From the NCBI GenBank assembly GCA_964397315.1, contig CAYNHV010000015.1, positions 1 to 34,009 of the forward strand: DNA of 34,009 nt, read 5' to 3'. This DNA comes from an uncultured Methanosarcinales archaeon (GTDB taxonomy: Archaea; Nanobdellota; Nanobdellia; Woesearchaeales; UBA12501). The notes under the pieces are model-generated. The model was not told the DNA's origin. It searched no databases and was given only the letters and a program-made list of their open reading frames with translations. Of the stretch, positions 17,079 to 24,854 are shown piece by piece. Each line of letters opens with the position of its first letter. Position 1 is the first letter of the stretch. Position numbers and translations under genes: made by a program.

Positions 17079-17208
17079 TCTGGATTAATCAAAACACTTA
17101 GAAGATGCTCAATTTCGTGGAATTTCGCTGCGCTTAATCCCACCTACACATGAACAGAGTAACGCCTTTCTGGAGGTTAAGTCTGGATTAATCAGAATAG
17201 TTAGAGGA
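17079..17208. repeat. Two imperfect 27-bp direct repeats with GATTAATC palindromic core
   Basis: TCTGGATTAATCAAAACACTTAGAAGA (17079-17105) vs TCTGGATTAATCAGAATAGTTAGAGGA (17182-17208), 23/27 identical. Confidence 0.7.
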
Positions 17209-17272
17209 GATTATTACTGCATACTGCAAAAACTTTATATAATCCTGCGTGACTTGTAATCACGGTGATATC

Positions 17273-17527
17273 ATGGCAGAGGAAAGCAGTTCAGGCAAGG
17301 AGGTCATTGTGTACTCAACACCCACCTGCCCTTTCTGCAGGATGGCAAAGGACTTTCTTAAGGAGAACAGCATTGAGTTCAGGGATGTTAATGTGGCTGA
17401 TGATGAGAATGCAAAGGAGGAGATGATGAAGAAGTCAGGCCAGATGGGGGTTCCTGTTATAGATGTCAAAGGCAAGATAATTGTGGGCTTTGACAGGGAT
17501 GAGCTGAAAAAAGCTCTTGGATTATAA
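17273..17527 (+). CDS. Glutaredoxin-like protein (NrdH/YruB family)
   Basis: VYSTPTCPFC, SGQMGVPVI, IVGFD; GGTGA SD before ATG 17273; TTTATAT at 17234. Confidence 0.92.
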   Translation: MAEESSSGKEVIVYSTPTCPFCRMAKDFLKENSIEFRDVNVADDENAKEEMMKKSGQMGVPVIDVKGKIIVGFDRDELKKALGL

Positions 17528-17567
17528 ACAGTCTTTTGTGTTTTTGTTTAAAGGATGTGGGGGAAGC

Positions 17568-18803
17568 ATGGCAAGCCAGTATGATATTGTAAGGAATCAG
17601 GTTGAAAAAGCCGGAAAGATTATAGGCCTGGGCGATAGTGAGCTGGACTTTCTCATGAATCCTGCAGAGGTCCACGAGAAAGAGCTTTCTGTGGAGATTG
17701 GGGGCGGGCAGGCTATCCTTAAGGCTTACAGGGTGCAGCACAACAATGCAAGAGGGCCTTTCAAGGGCGGCATAAGATTCCACCCTCACGTTGATATTGA
17801 TGAGGTAAAAGCCCTTGCTTTCTGGATGTCAGTCAAGTGCGCAGTGGTTGACATCCCGTTTGGAGGCGGAAAAGGAGGTGTTGTTGTCAATCCCAAAAAC
17901 CTCTCAAAAAAGGATACTGAGGCTGTAAGCAGGGCTTATATGAGGGAGATGGCGGAGCATCTCGGCCCTGACATGGACATACCAGCGCCTGATGTTTACA
18001 CAGGCCAGCAGGTCATGGCGTGGATGCTTGACGAGTATGAGAAAATAAGATGCATCAAGGCTCCTGCTGTGATAACAGGAAAGCCCCTTGCTCTTGGAGG
18101 AAGCAGGGCAAGGGATTACGCGACTGCCCAGGGAGGAGTGTTTGCGCTGAAGCAGGCAGCAGACCTCTTTGACATGTCACCCTCAGAAACAAGGGTTGCT
18201 GTACAGGGGTTTGGCAATGCGGGCATGAATGCAGCAAGGCTGCTCAGCAGCATAGGGTACAGGATTGTTGCTGTGAGCGACTCAAAAGGGGGCATACATG
18301 ATGAAAAAGGCCTGGACATAAGCTCGGTTATTGAGCATAAGAAAGAGACTGGCTCTGTAAGCGGCTTCAGCAGGGCAAAGGACATAACAAATGGGGAGCT
18401 TCTTGAGACAGAGGCTGATGTTCTGATACCTGCTGCATTAAGCAGTGCCATCACAGAGCAGAATGCAGGAAAGATCATGGCAAGGATAATAGTTGAGCTG
18501 GCCAACGGGCCTGTGACTCCGGCTGCTGATGATATCCTCTTCAGGAACAATGTTTTTGTCATACCTGACATACTTGCTAATGCAGGGGGAGTGGCTGTCT
18601 CTTATTTTGAATGGGTTCAGAACAGGACAGGCTACTATTGGGAGGAGGATGAGGTGCTTGAGAAGCTTGGCACCCTGATGTTCAGGGCTTTTAAGAGCTC
18701 GCATGATGTGAGCAGGAAGCACAATACTGACATGAGAACAGCAGCGTTCGTACTCGGCGTGCAGAGGATACTTGAGGCTGAGAGGCTAAGGGGGAATATC
18801 TGA
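17568..18803 (+). CDS. gdhA: Glutamate dehydrogenase (Glu/Leu/Phe/Val dehydrogenase family)
   Basis: GPFKGGIRFHP, GGGKGG, IPAPDV, VQGFGNAG, PDILANAGGVAVSYFEWVQN. Confidence 0.95.
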   Translation: MASQYDIVRNQVEKAGKIIGLGDSELDFLMNPAEVHEKELSVEIGGGQAILKAYRVQHNNARGPFKGGIRFHPHVDIDEVKALAFWMSVKCAVVDIPFGGGKGGVVVNPKNLSKKDTEAVSRAYMREMAEHLGPDMDIPAPDVYTGQQVMAWMLDEYEKIRCIKAPAVITGKPLALGGSRARDYATAQGGVFALKQAADLFDMSPSETRVAVQGFGNAGMNAARLLSSIGYRIVAVSDSKGGIHDEKGLDISSVIEHKKETGSVSGFSRAKDITNGELLETEADVLIPAALSSAITEQNAGKIMARIIVELANGPVTPAADDILFRNNVFVIPDILANAGGVAVSYFEWVQNRTGYYWEEDEVLEKLGTLMFRAFKSSHDVSRKHNTDMRTAAFVLGVQRILEAERLRGNI

Positions 18804-20486
18804 GTATGGGGAGATTATGCTGTTTATGTTCTTCTCAGCCCACTCCTCAACCCTGCATTCGTTCTCAACATAACTTATGGCCCTATCACTTATCCTGTAT
18901 CCCCTCTTCCATGCTTCCATTATCCTTTTTGCGGCTTCTTCCGGCTTTGAAGGATCAACATAGACCAGACCATCCCTCTCTCCAAAGCCCGCGCCTTCCA
19001 GGACGTGTCTTGCTCCGCATCTGCCTACAACTATGATGCCTCTGTCCCTGTAATCAAGGTGCTTCTTTGACAGTATTCCCTCAAGCACAACAAGGTTCAT
19101 GCCATCCTCTTTTGTGGTGACCATGAGAACATCAAGGTCTCTCATGAAGCGGTAGTTTTCAGGCTGGCCTATTCCCTCCAGCCTGTAAAGCAATGGCGTA
19201 AAGTCAGGCTTTCCGAACTCCTGGTTTGTTTTTCTTACTTCTTCCCTCACCACCCTTGCGAGGTTCTTGTATGATGGGTTGTCCTGCCTGCTTATGGCAG
19301 CTATCTGCACCATCCTTGCTTCTTTACCCTGCTGCTCAAGCCCCTTGTATACCTCCCTGAATATCTCCATCCTTTCAGGCAGGCCTTTTGTGTAGTCAAG
19401 CCTCTCAAGGCCTCCAAAGACTATCCTTCCTTCCTTCTTGTCATTTGCTATGAGCTCTTCAAGGTTGTATTTTCCCATCTGGTGGTTGAGCTTTTTGTCT
19501 GGGGTTACTTCAGGCAGGATTCTCTCTGCGTCTATTCCGATAGGGTATGCCCCCACAACTGTCTTTTCATTGTTGAGGGTGTGGTTTATGACAAAAAAAT
19601 CGCCTTTTTGCTCTATTTTTACAGGGGGGTGGAGATATTCCATAACTTCAACAAAATTCTCTGCATAAGGGGGTATGTGAAACCCTATGAAATCATTGCC
19701 GAGCATGCCATATGTAATCTGTTTTATCACTTCCTCCTTGGGATTATCAAGGGGGTCGTAGATGTTCTCTGTATCTCTGCCCTTGTAAAGCTCCATGAGC
19801 TCTTTCAGCATGTCCAGGCTGATGAATGGAGTGTGCATGAACTGGCCCACAGCTATGTTGGGATTGCCGGTCCAGCCTTTTTTTTCAAGCTCTTTCCTGT
19901 AGAAGCTTGAGGTCAGCATAAGGTGGTAATCCTGCAGCCACACAACAAATTTTTTCCCTCCTTCCCAGAGCTTTCTACTTCTCTTGGTCTCGTCAAAGAT
20001 GGTGTCCGCAAATGTTCCGCAGCTTGCTTTAAAACTGTCAAAATCCAGACCATCATAATCAGGTAGGGGGTATGCTTTGTTCAGGTCCTTGTAGAAAGGG
20101 ATGCCTGTGAGGTGGTTCAATGGCCAGACAAAACCATTGCAGAAATTGTTGTAATTCCTGTCCTGCTGGGATGTGGGGGGGAATATCTTTCTCATCCAGA
20201 AATCATAAAGCTTATCCTCAAAGTGTATTATGTCCTCCTTGTCCACTGTTAGATATATCTGGGCGGGGTGCTCTATGGCTTTCTTGTCACGCTTGCCCAT
20301 GGATGTGCCTATCCATATCGGCTCCCATCCCCTCCCGTTCTCGCTATTTTTTGGTTTTTTCAGCAATCCAGCCATTGCCTGGGCCAGGCCTCCTGCCCCT
20401 ATCTCAGGCGGTTTTCCCAGATCTAGGAAATCGCTTTCCTTGAAATCCACCACGCTTCTGTTTGCCGCAATAATGAGGTTTCTCAT
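18786..20486 (-). CDS. otsA: Trehalose-6-phosphate synthase (GT20, OtsA-like)
   Basis: GAGGLA, WPLNH, WLQDYHL, FMHTPF, DFIGFH, PIGID, ERLDYTKG, DGMNLV..E; ATG 20486 with TATA at 20511-20518. Confidence 0.85.
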   Translation of the reverse strand: MRNLIIAANRSVVDFKESDFLDLGKPPEIGAGGLAQAMAGLLKKPKNSENGRGWEPIWIGTSMGKRDKKAIEHPAQIYLTVDKEDIIHFEDKLYDFWMRKIFPPTSQQDRNYNNFCNGFVWPLNHLTGIPFYKDLNKAYPLPDYDGLDFDSFKASCGTFADTIFDETKRSRKLWEGGKKFVVWLQDYHLMLTSSFYRKELEKKGWTGNPNIAVGQFMHTPFISLDMLKELMELYKGRDTENIYDPLDNPKEEVIKQITYGMLGNDFIGFHIPPYAENFVEVMEYLHPPVKIEQKGDFFVINHTLNNEKTVVGAYPIGIDAERILPEVTPDKKLNHQMGKYNLEELIANDKKEGRIVFGGLERLDYTKGLPERMEIFREVYKGLEQQGKEARMVQIAAISRQDNPSYKNLARVVREEVRKTNQEFGKPDFTPLLYRLEGIGQPENYRFMRDLDVLMVTTKEDGMNLVVLEGILSKKHLDYRDRGIIVVGRCGARHVLEGAGFGERDGLVYVDPSKPEEAAKRIMEAWKRGYRISDRAISYVENECRVEEWAEKNINSIISPYSDIPP

Positions 20487-20579
20487 ATACAATCAGAATA
20501 AGCCTACGCATTTATAAATATTGCTTTTTTTATCACTGTGAAGTGGTCTAAAGCCTGTGTGGGGGTTGGACAGTGATGC

Positions 20580-21245
20580 TCACTCCTTCCTGCACACAAA
20601 AACACAGTGGTCCTTTTCAAAAGGCTCCAGAACCCTGTAATCAACTATGTCAAGCTCCCTCTCAAGCTTCTTCCTCACATCATCAAACACAGCTCTCGGC
20701 TTCTTGGACATGTCAATGCTCCTTGACTTGACTGCTACGAAGGCTGCAGAGCCCGGCTTCAGGAACAGCCTGCAGTTTTTCAGGAAAATCTCTGCCTGGT
20801 CCTTCTGGGCAATATCCTGATAGATGTAATCCGCAGCACCCGCCATGTGAAAGTAGGTTTCAGGCTTTCTTGCGTCAGCTATTATCGGAGCCATGTTCTG
20901 CCTTGCCCTGCACATGAACACAAGGTCCCTCACAACCCGGGGGGCAAAGTCAAGGGCAAAAACAAAGCCCTCCTCGCCAAGAATATCGCTCACAAAGCTC
21001 GGTGTATAACCATGCGATGCACCCAGGTAAAGGACTGTCTGGCCCGGCTCAAGCCCTGTATCTTTTGCTCCCTTCATTATTGCAGCTGCAAGCTTTGATT
21101 TTCTAGGCTCCCAATGCCTGTACTCCATGCCTTCATGCTTCACTGTCCTCTCGTCAAAGAAGCTCTCTCCCTGAGCAAGGCTTCTGGTGTAAAACCTCTT
21201 GCCGTCAGTGTACACTCCTTTGAGCCTGTGCTGCCTGAGCTTCAT
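20580..21245 (-). CDS. flpA: Fibrillarin-like rRNA/tRNA 2'-O-methyltransferase
   Basis: YRHWEPRKSKLAAAI, VLYLGASHGYT, YQDIAQKDQA, KSRSID, LEPFEKDH; coupled to nop5. Confidence 0.95.
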   Translation of the reverse strand: MKLRQHRLKGVYTDGKRFYTRSLAQGESFFDERTVKHEGMEYRHWEPRKSKLAAAIMKGAKDTGLEPGQTVLYLGASHGYTPSFVSDILGEEGFVFALDFAPRVVRDLVFMCRARQNMAPIIADARKPETYFHMAGAADYIYQDIAQKDQAEIFLKNCRLFLKPGSAAFVAVKSRSIDMSKKPRAVFDDVRKKLERELDIVDYRVLEPFEKDHCVFVCRKE

Positions 21246-22288
21246 CTTTTATTCCCTCCTGAGCATGTTTTCAGCTTTGCCTCAACCTGCTTTCTCAGCT
21301 TGTCTCCCATGAACTCCCCCCTGAAATAGTCAATCCTTGCCGCTATTGATATCTTGTCAGCAAGCGCCCTCGCTATCCTCCCCCTGCTCTTCTTGTCAGC
21401 CTGCGCAATGAAAGGATGCTGGAACAGGTAGCCGTACTTCGGGGGTTTTGATTTCGTTGTCATGTGCCTGAAGAATGCCTCCTCTGCGCCAAGCACCTGC
21501 ACTGTTGATGCTGGAAACTCGGAAAGCCTCTTGAGCGAGCCTGCCTGCCTGAGCAGCCTTGCTCCTATTATGGGCCCTGCTATTGCGCTTATGTTCCTGC
21601 AATGCTCGTTCATTGCTGACTCAAGGTATCTCTTCTGGCTTTCCCTCAGAGTGTATACATTCTTGAGCTCTTTTGAAAGCCTTATCACTGGATCAAGATC
21701 CTTCTTCCTGAAATCACCTCCCATGCTCTCATCTCTCTTGATATCCAAAAAATTGAGGAGCTGCTCCCTGCTCTTTTCAGAGACAAGCTCTGCAAACTTG
21801 CTGTGGTCGCTTATTCTCCTTGAGAATTCAGGAAGGTAATATGAGTACCATTCCCTCAGCCTTTTTGCCATTATGTTTGTCACTTTCTCAAGCTCTTCAA
21901 GGCAGTTGACTGCCTGCATTATCATGATGTCCCTGCTGACTGACTTCCCTATAATGTGTTTGGTTATTCTCTCGTCAGCAAGCTTAACCTTCTCAAAGAC
22001 ATTCTGCTCCTTCAGGGCTTCTGTAATCCTTGAAAGCTTCTCAATGTCCTGCTCATCCCTCACTCTTTCCAGCCCGGCATCATCTGCTTTAAACCCTATG
22101 AAAACAAAATCCCCCTTCTTATGTCTGCTAACCAGTTTGTTCTCCTCCTTTATGAACTCGCCTCTGCCGAGCTTCTCGGAATTCCCTGTTATGTCATTCT
22201 CGCTGAACATTATGCTGTCTATCATGTGGAATTTCTGGTCAAACACAAAACTTCCTGCGCTGTTTGAGTAGAGGAACAATCTTGCCAT
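21242..22288 (-). CDS. nop5: C/D box methylation guide RNP subunit Nop5 (Nop56/58)
   Basis: RLREWYSYYLPE, PASTVQVLGAEEAFFRH, PPKYGYLFQHP, RGRIARALA.KISIAARID. Confidence 0.93.
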   Translation of the reverse strand: MARLFLYSNSAGSFVFDQKFHMIDSIMFSENDITGNSEKLGRGEFIKEENKLVSRHKKGDFVFIGFKADDAGLERVRDEQDIEKLSRITEALKEQNVFEKVKLADERITKHIIGKSVSRDIMIMQAVNCLEELEKVTNIMAKRLREWYSYYLPEFSRRISDHSKFAELVSEKSREQLLNFLDIKRDESMGGDFRKKDLDPVIRLSKELKNVYTLRESQKRYLESAMNEHCRNISAIAGPIIGARLLRQAGSLKRLSEFPASTVQVLGAEEAFFRHMTTKSKPPKYGYLFQHPFIAQADKKSRGRIARALADKISIAARIDYFRGEFMGDKLRKQVEAKLKTCSGGNKR

Positions 22289-22289
22289 G

Positions 22290-22400
22290 CCAGCAAATAC
22301 AAGCCCTTCATTTATAAATATTGCCAATAACCTGCTTTTTAAACACTATTCAGTTACAATAAAGATATATAAATGAGGCGCACAAGCCTCATCAGGGGGT
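22290..22400. promoter_or_regulatory. Divergent TATA promoters for nop5-flpA and the por operon
   Basis: TTTATAAA at 22311-22318 (minus strand, about 23 nt from nop5 ATG) and TATATAAA at 22366-22373 (plus strand). Confidence 0.6.
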
Positions 22401-22411
22401 AAAACAAGCTT

Positions 22412-22966
22412 ATGATAGAGATTAAGATATTAGGCAGGGGAGGCCAGGGAGCAGTTACAACAGGTCAGCTTCTTGCGATAGCTGCCCTTCATGACAGGAA
22501 ACACTGCCAGACCTTCCCCATGTTCGGGGTTGAAAGGAGAGGGGCGCCTGTGCAGGCATTTGTCAGAATAAGCAATAAGCCGATACACCTAAGGTCGCAG
22601 GTGTATGAGCCTGACATTGTGCTCGTGCTTGACCCTTCGCTGGCAGGCAGCATTGACGTGACTGAAGGCGTAAAAGAGGGAGGGACGGTAATAGTCAACA
22701 CCACAAAAAAGCCTGGTGAGCTGAAGCTTGACAGCGGCTGCACCGTTCACTGTGTTGATGCCACGTCAGTAGCCCTTAGGATATTCAGCATGCCCATAGT
22801 GAACACACCCATACTCGGCGCATTATCGGCAATAACAGGGATTGTGAGCATAAGGGCCCTGCAGAAGGCAGCTGATGAAAAGTTTGAAAGCACAAAAGGA
22901 AAGCAGATAGCTGAACTGAACAAGAAAGCAATAAAAGAAGTTTACGAGAACACAAAAGCAGAGTGA
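22412..22966 (+). CDS. porG: Pyruvate/2-oxoacid:ferredoxin oxidoreductase gamma subunit
   Basis: GRGGQGAVT, FGVERRGAPVQAFVR, PDIVLVLD, NTPILGA. Confidence 0.95.
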   Translation: MIEIKILGRGGQGAVTTGQLLAIAALHDRKHCQTFPMFGVERRGAPVQAFVRISNKPIHLRSQVYEPDIVLVLDPSLAGSIDVTEGVKEGGTVIVNTTKKPGELKLDSGCTVHCVDATSVALRIFSMPIVNTPILGALSAITGIVSIRALQKAADEKFESTKGKQIAELNKKAIKEVYENTKAE

Positions 22967-22980
22967 AAAGGATTGTGACA

Positions 22981-23346
22981 ATGGCCGGAAAAAAAGATAA
23001 GAAGAAGACTTCAAGAAACAGGAAGTCAGGCTCTGGAAAGTATCCTAAGAAGAGCAAGGCCGGGAAGTCAGGAGCCGGGCAGGCAAAAAAAGGAATGTCC
23101 TTTACAACAGGAGCCGTAATAACAAAGCCGGGATCCACCATAAAGAACAAGACAGGGGGGTGGAAGGAATACAAGCCGGTTAGAGACCCAAAGAAGTGCA
23201 TAAAATGCGGTTTCTGCTGGATGTTCTGCCCTGAGAATGCCATAAATGAGAAGTTTGAGGCAGACCTTGACTACTGCAAGGGATGCGGTATATGCGCGCA
23301 GGAATGCCCTGTGAAATGCATTGAAATGGTAAAGGAGGAGAAATGA
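22981..23346 (+). CDS. porD: Pyruvate:ferredoxin oxidoreductase delta subunit (2x[4Fe-4S])
   Basis: KTGGWK...P, CIKCGFCWMFCP, YCKGCGICAQECP; start uncertain (22963 GTG, 22981 or 23095). Confidence 0.92.
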   Translation: MAGKKDKKKTSRNRKSGSGKYPKKSKAGKSGAGQAKKGMSFTTGAVITKPGSTIKNKTGGWKEYKPVRDPKKCIKCGFCWMFCPENAINEKFEADLDYCKGCGICAQECPVKCIEMVKEEK

Positions 23347-23651
23347 TGATACTCATATACATGCCCTGCAAGGACAGGAAAGAGGCCAAAAGAATAGGGA
23401 AGAAGCTTATTGAGGAAAAGCTGATAGCTTGCGCAAACATCTTCCCCATAGAGAGCCTTTACAAGTGGAATGGGAAGGTTCAGGATGGCAAGGAGGCAGT
23501 GCTGCTGTGCAAGACAAGAGACGGCTATTACGGAGATGTCGCAAGACGCGTTACAGAGATGCACAGTTATGATGTCCCTGCAATAATAAAGATCAATGCA
23601 GGAGTGAACAAGTCATACGGTGACTGGCTTTACAAGGAAACACTGAGGTAA
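23343..23651 (+). CDS. cutA: Divalent-cation tolerance protein CutA
   Basis: EEKLIACANI, SLYKWNG, E..LLCKT, HSYDVPAII. Confidence 0.92.
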   Translation: MMILIYMPCKDRKEAKRIGKKLIEEKLIACANIFPIESLYKWNGKVQDGKEAVLLCKTRDGYYGDVARRVTEMHSYDVPAIIKINAGVNKSYGDWLYKETLR

Positions 23652-23700
23652 TCGGATGCGACAAGATGAGTCACAGCGTGACGCAAAAAGGTGTTGAATC

Positions 23701-24852
23701 ATGGCAAGGCAGGTAATGGAAGCGAGCCAGGCAGCTGCAGAGGCTGTGAAACTCTGCAAGCCCTCTGTAATAGCCACCTATCCCATAACACCCCAGACCC
23801 ACATTGTTGAGAGGCTCGCTGACTTCATAAATGAAGGTGTTATGGATGCGGAGATGATAAATGTTGAGTCAGAGCACTCTGCAATGTCAGCCTGCATAGG
23901 CGCCCAGGCAACAGGAGTCAGGACCTTCACAGCAACAGCTTCGCAGGGGCTTGCTCTCATGCACGAGATGCTTTTTGTTGCCTCTGGAATGAGGCTTCCC
24001 ATAGTGATGGCTGTGGCCAACAGGGCATTGTCAGCCCCCATCAACATATGGAATGACCACCAGGACAGCATCTCAGAGAGGGACTCCGGATGGGTGCAGT
24101 TGTATGTGGAATCAGCGCAGGAGGCCTTGGATACTATTATACAGGCTTACAGGATAGCAGAGAGCAGGAACGTGCTGATGCCTGTCATGGTCTGCCTTGA
24201 CGGCTTCACCCTGAGCCACCTCTGGGAGCCTGTTGACGTGCCGACCAAGGCAAAGGTGAACCAGTTCCTTCCAAAGTACAGGGCCAACCACGCTTACCTT
24301 GACCCGAGAAAGCCAATAACGCAGGGGCCTGTGGGATTCCCTGACTCTTTCATGCACTTCAGGAAGATGCAGCAGGACGCAATGGCTAATGCCCTTAAGG
24401 TAATCACAAAGGCAAACTCTGAATTCAGGAGAAAGCTGGGAAGAAGCTACGGTAACGGCCTCATAGAGGCGTACAGGACAAAAGGGGCGCAGTATGCAGT
24501 CGTTGCAATGGGCAGCGCGTGCGGCACAGCCAGGCACGTTGTTGACACTATGAGAAAAGAGGGGAAGAAGGTTGGCATGATAAAGGTGAAATCCTTCAGG
24601 CCTTTCCCTTCAGAGGAAATCATAAAGGCGGCAAAAGGGCTCAAGGGCCTTGCTGTGCTGGACAGGAATGTATCCCCAGGAAATGGGGGCGCCCTGGCAG
24701 CTGAAATAAGGTCAGTTCTCAAAGGCAGCAAGACAGCAGTCTCAAGCTTCATAGCAGGGCTTGGAGGAAGGGACATAACCCCTGAGGATATTAAGGATGC
24801 GTTGTCAAAGTCCATGAAGCAGAAGAAAGCTGATGAGAGGTGGATATTGTGA
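23701..24852 (+). CDS. porA: Pyruvate:ferredoxin oxidoreductase alpha subunit
   Basis: YPITPQT, VESEHSAMS, TATASQGLALMHE, NRALSAPINIWNDH, GLGGRDI. Confidence 0.96.
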   Translation: MARQVMEASQAAAEAVKLCKPSVIATYPITPQTHIVERLADFINEGVMDAEMINVESEHSAMSACIGAQATGVRTFTATASQGLALMHEMLFVASGMRLPIVMAVANRALSAPINIWNDHQDSISERDSGWVQLYVESAQEALDTIIQAYRIAESRNVLMPVMVCLDGFTLSHLWEPVDVPTKAKVNQFLPKYRANHAYLDPRKPITQGPVGFPDSFMHFRKMQQDAMANALKVITKANSEFRRKLGRSYGNGLIEAYRTKGAQYAVVAMGSACGTARHVVDTMRKEGKKVGMIKVKSFRPFPSEEIIKAAKGLKGLAVLDRNVSPGNGGALAAEIRSVLKGSKTAVSSFIAGLGGRDITPEDIKDALSKSMKQKKADERWIL

Positions 24853-24854
24853 CA

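Noticed and set aside
16851..17153. 100-aa plus-strand ORF in the intergenic gap
   Set aside because: TTG start, no recognisable motif, atypical composition, overlaps repeats and hairpins
16690..17220. RNase P RNA, SRP RNA or tRNA in the intergenic gap
   Set aside because: Could not find the GAGGAAAGUCC-like P4 motif, the SRP helix-8 motif or a cloverleaf on either strand
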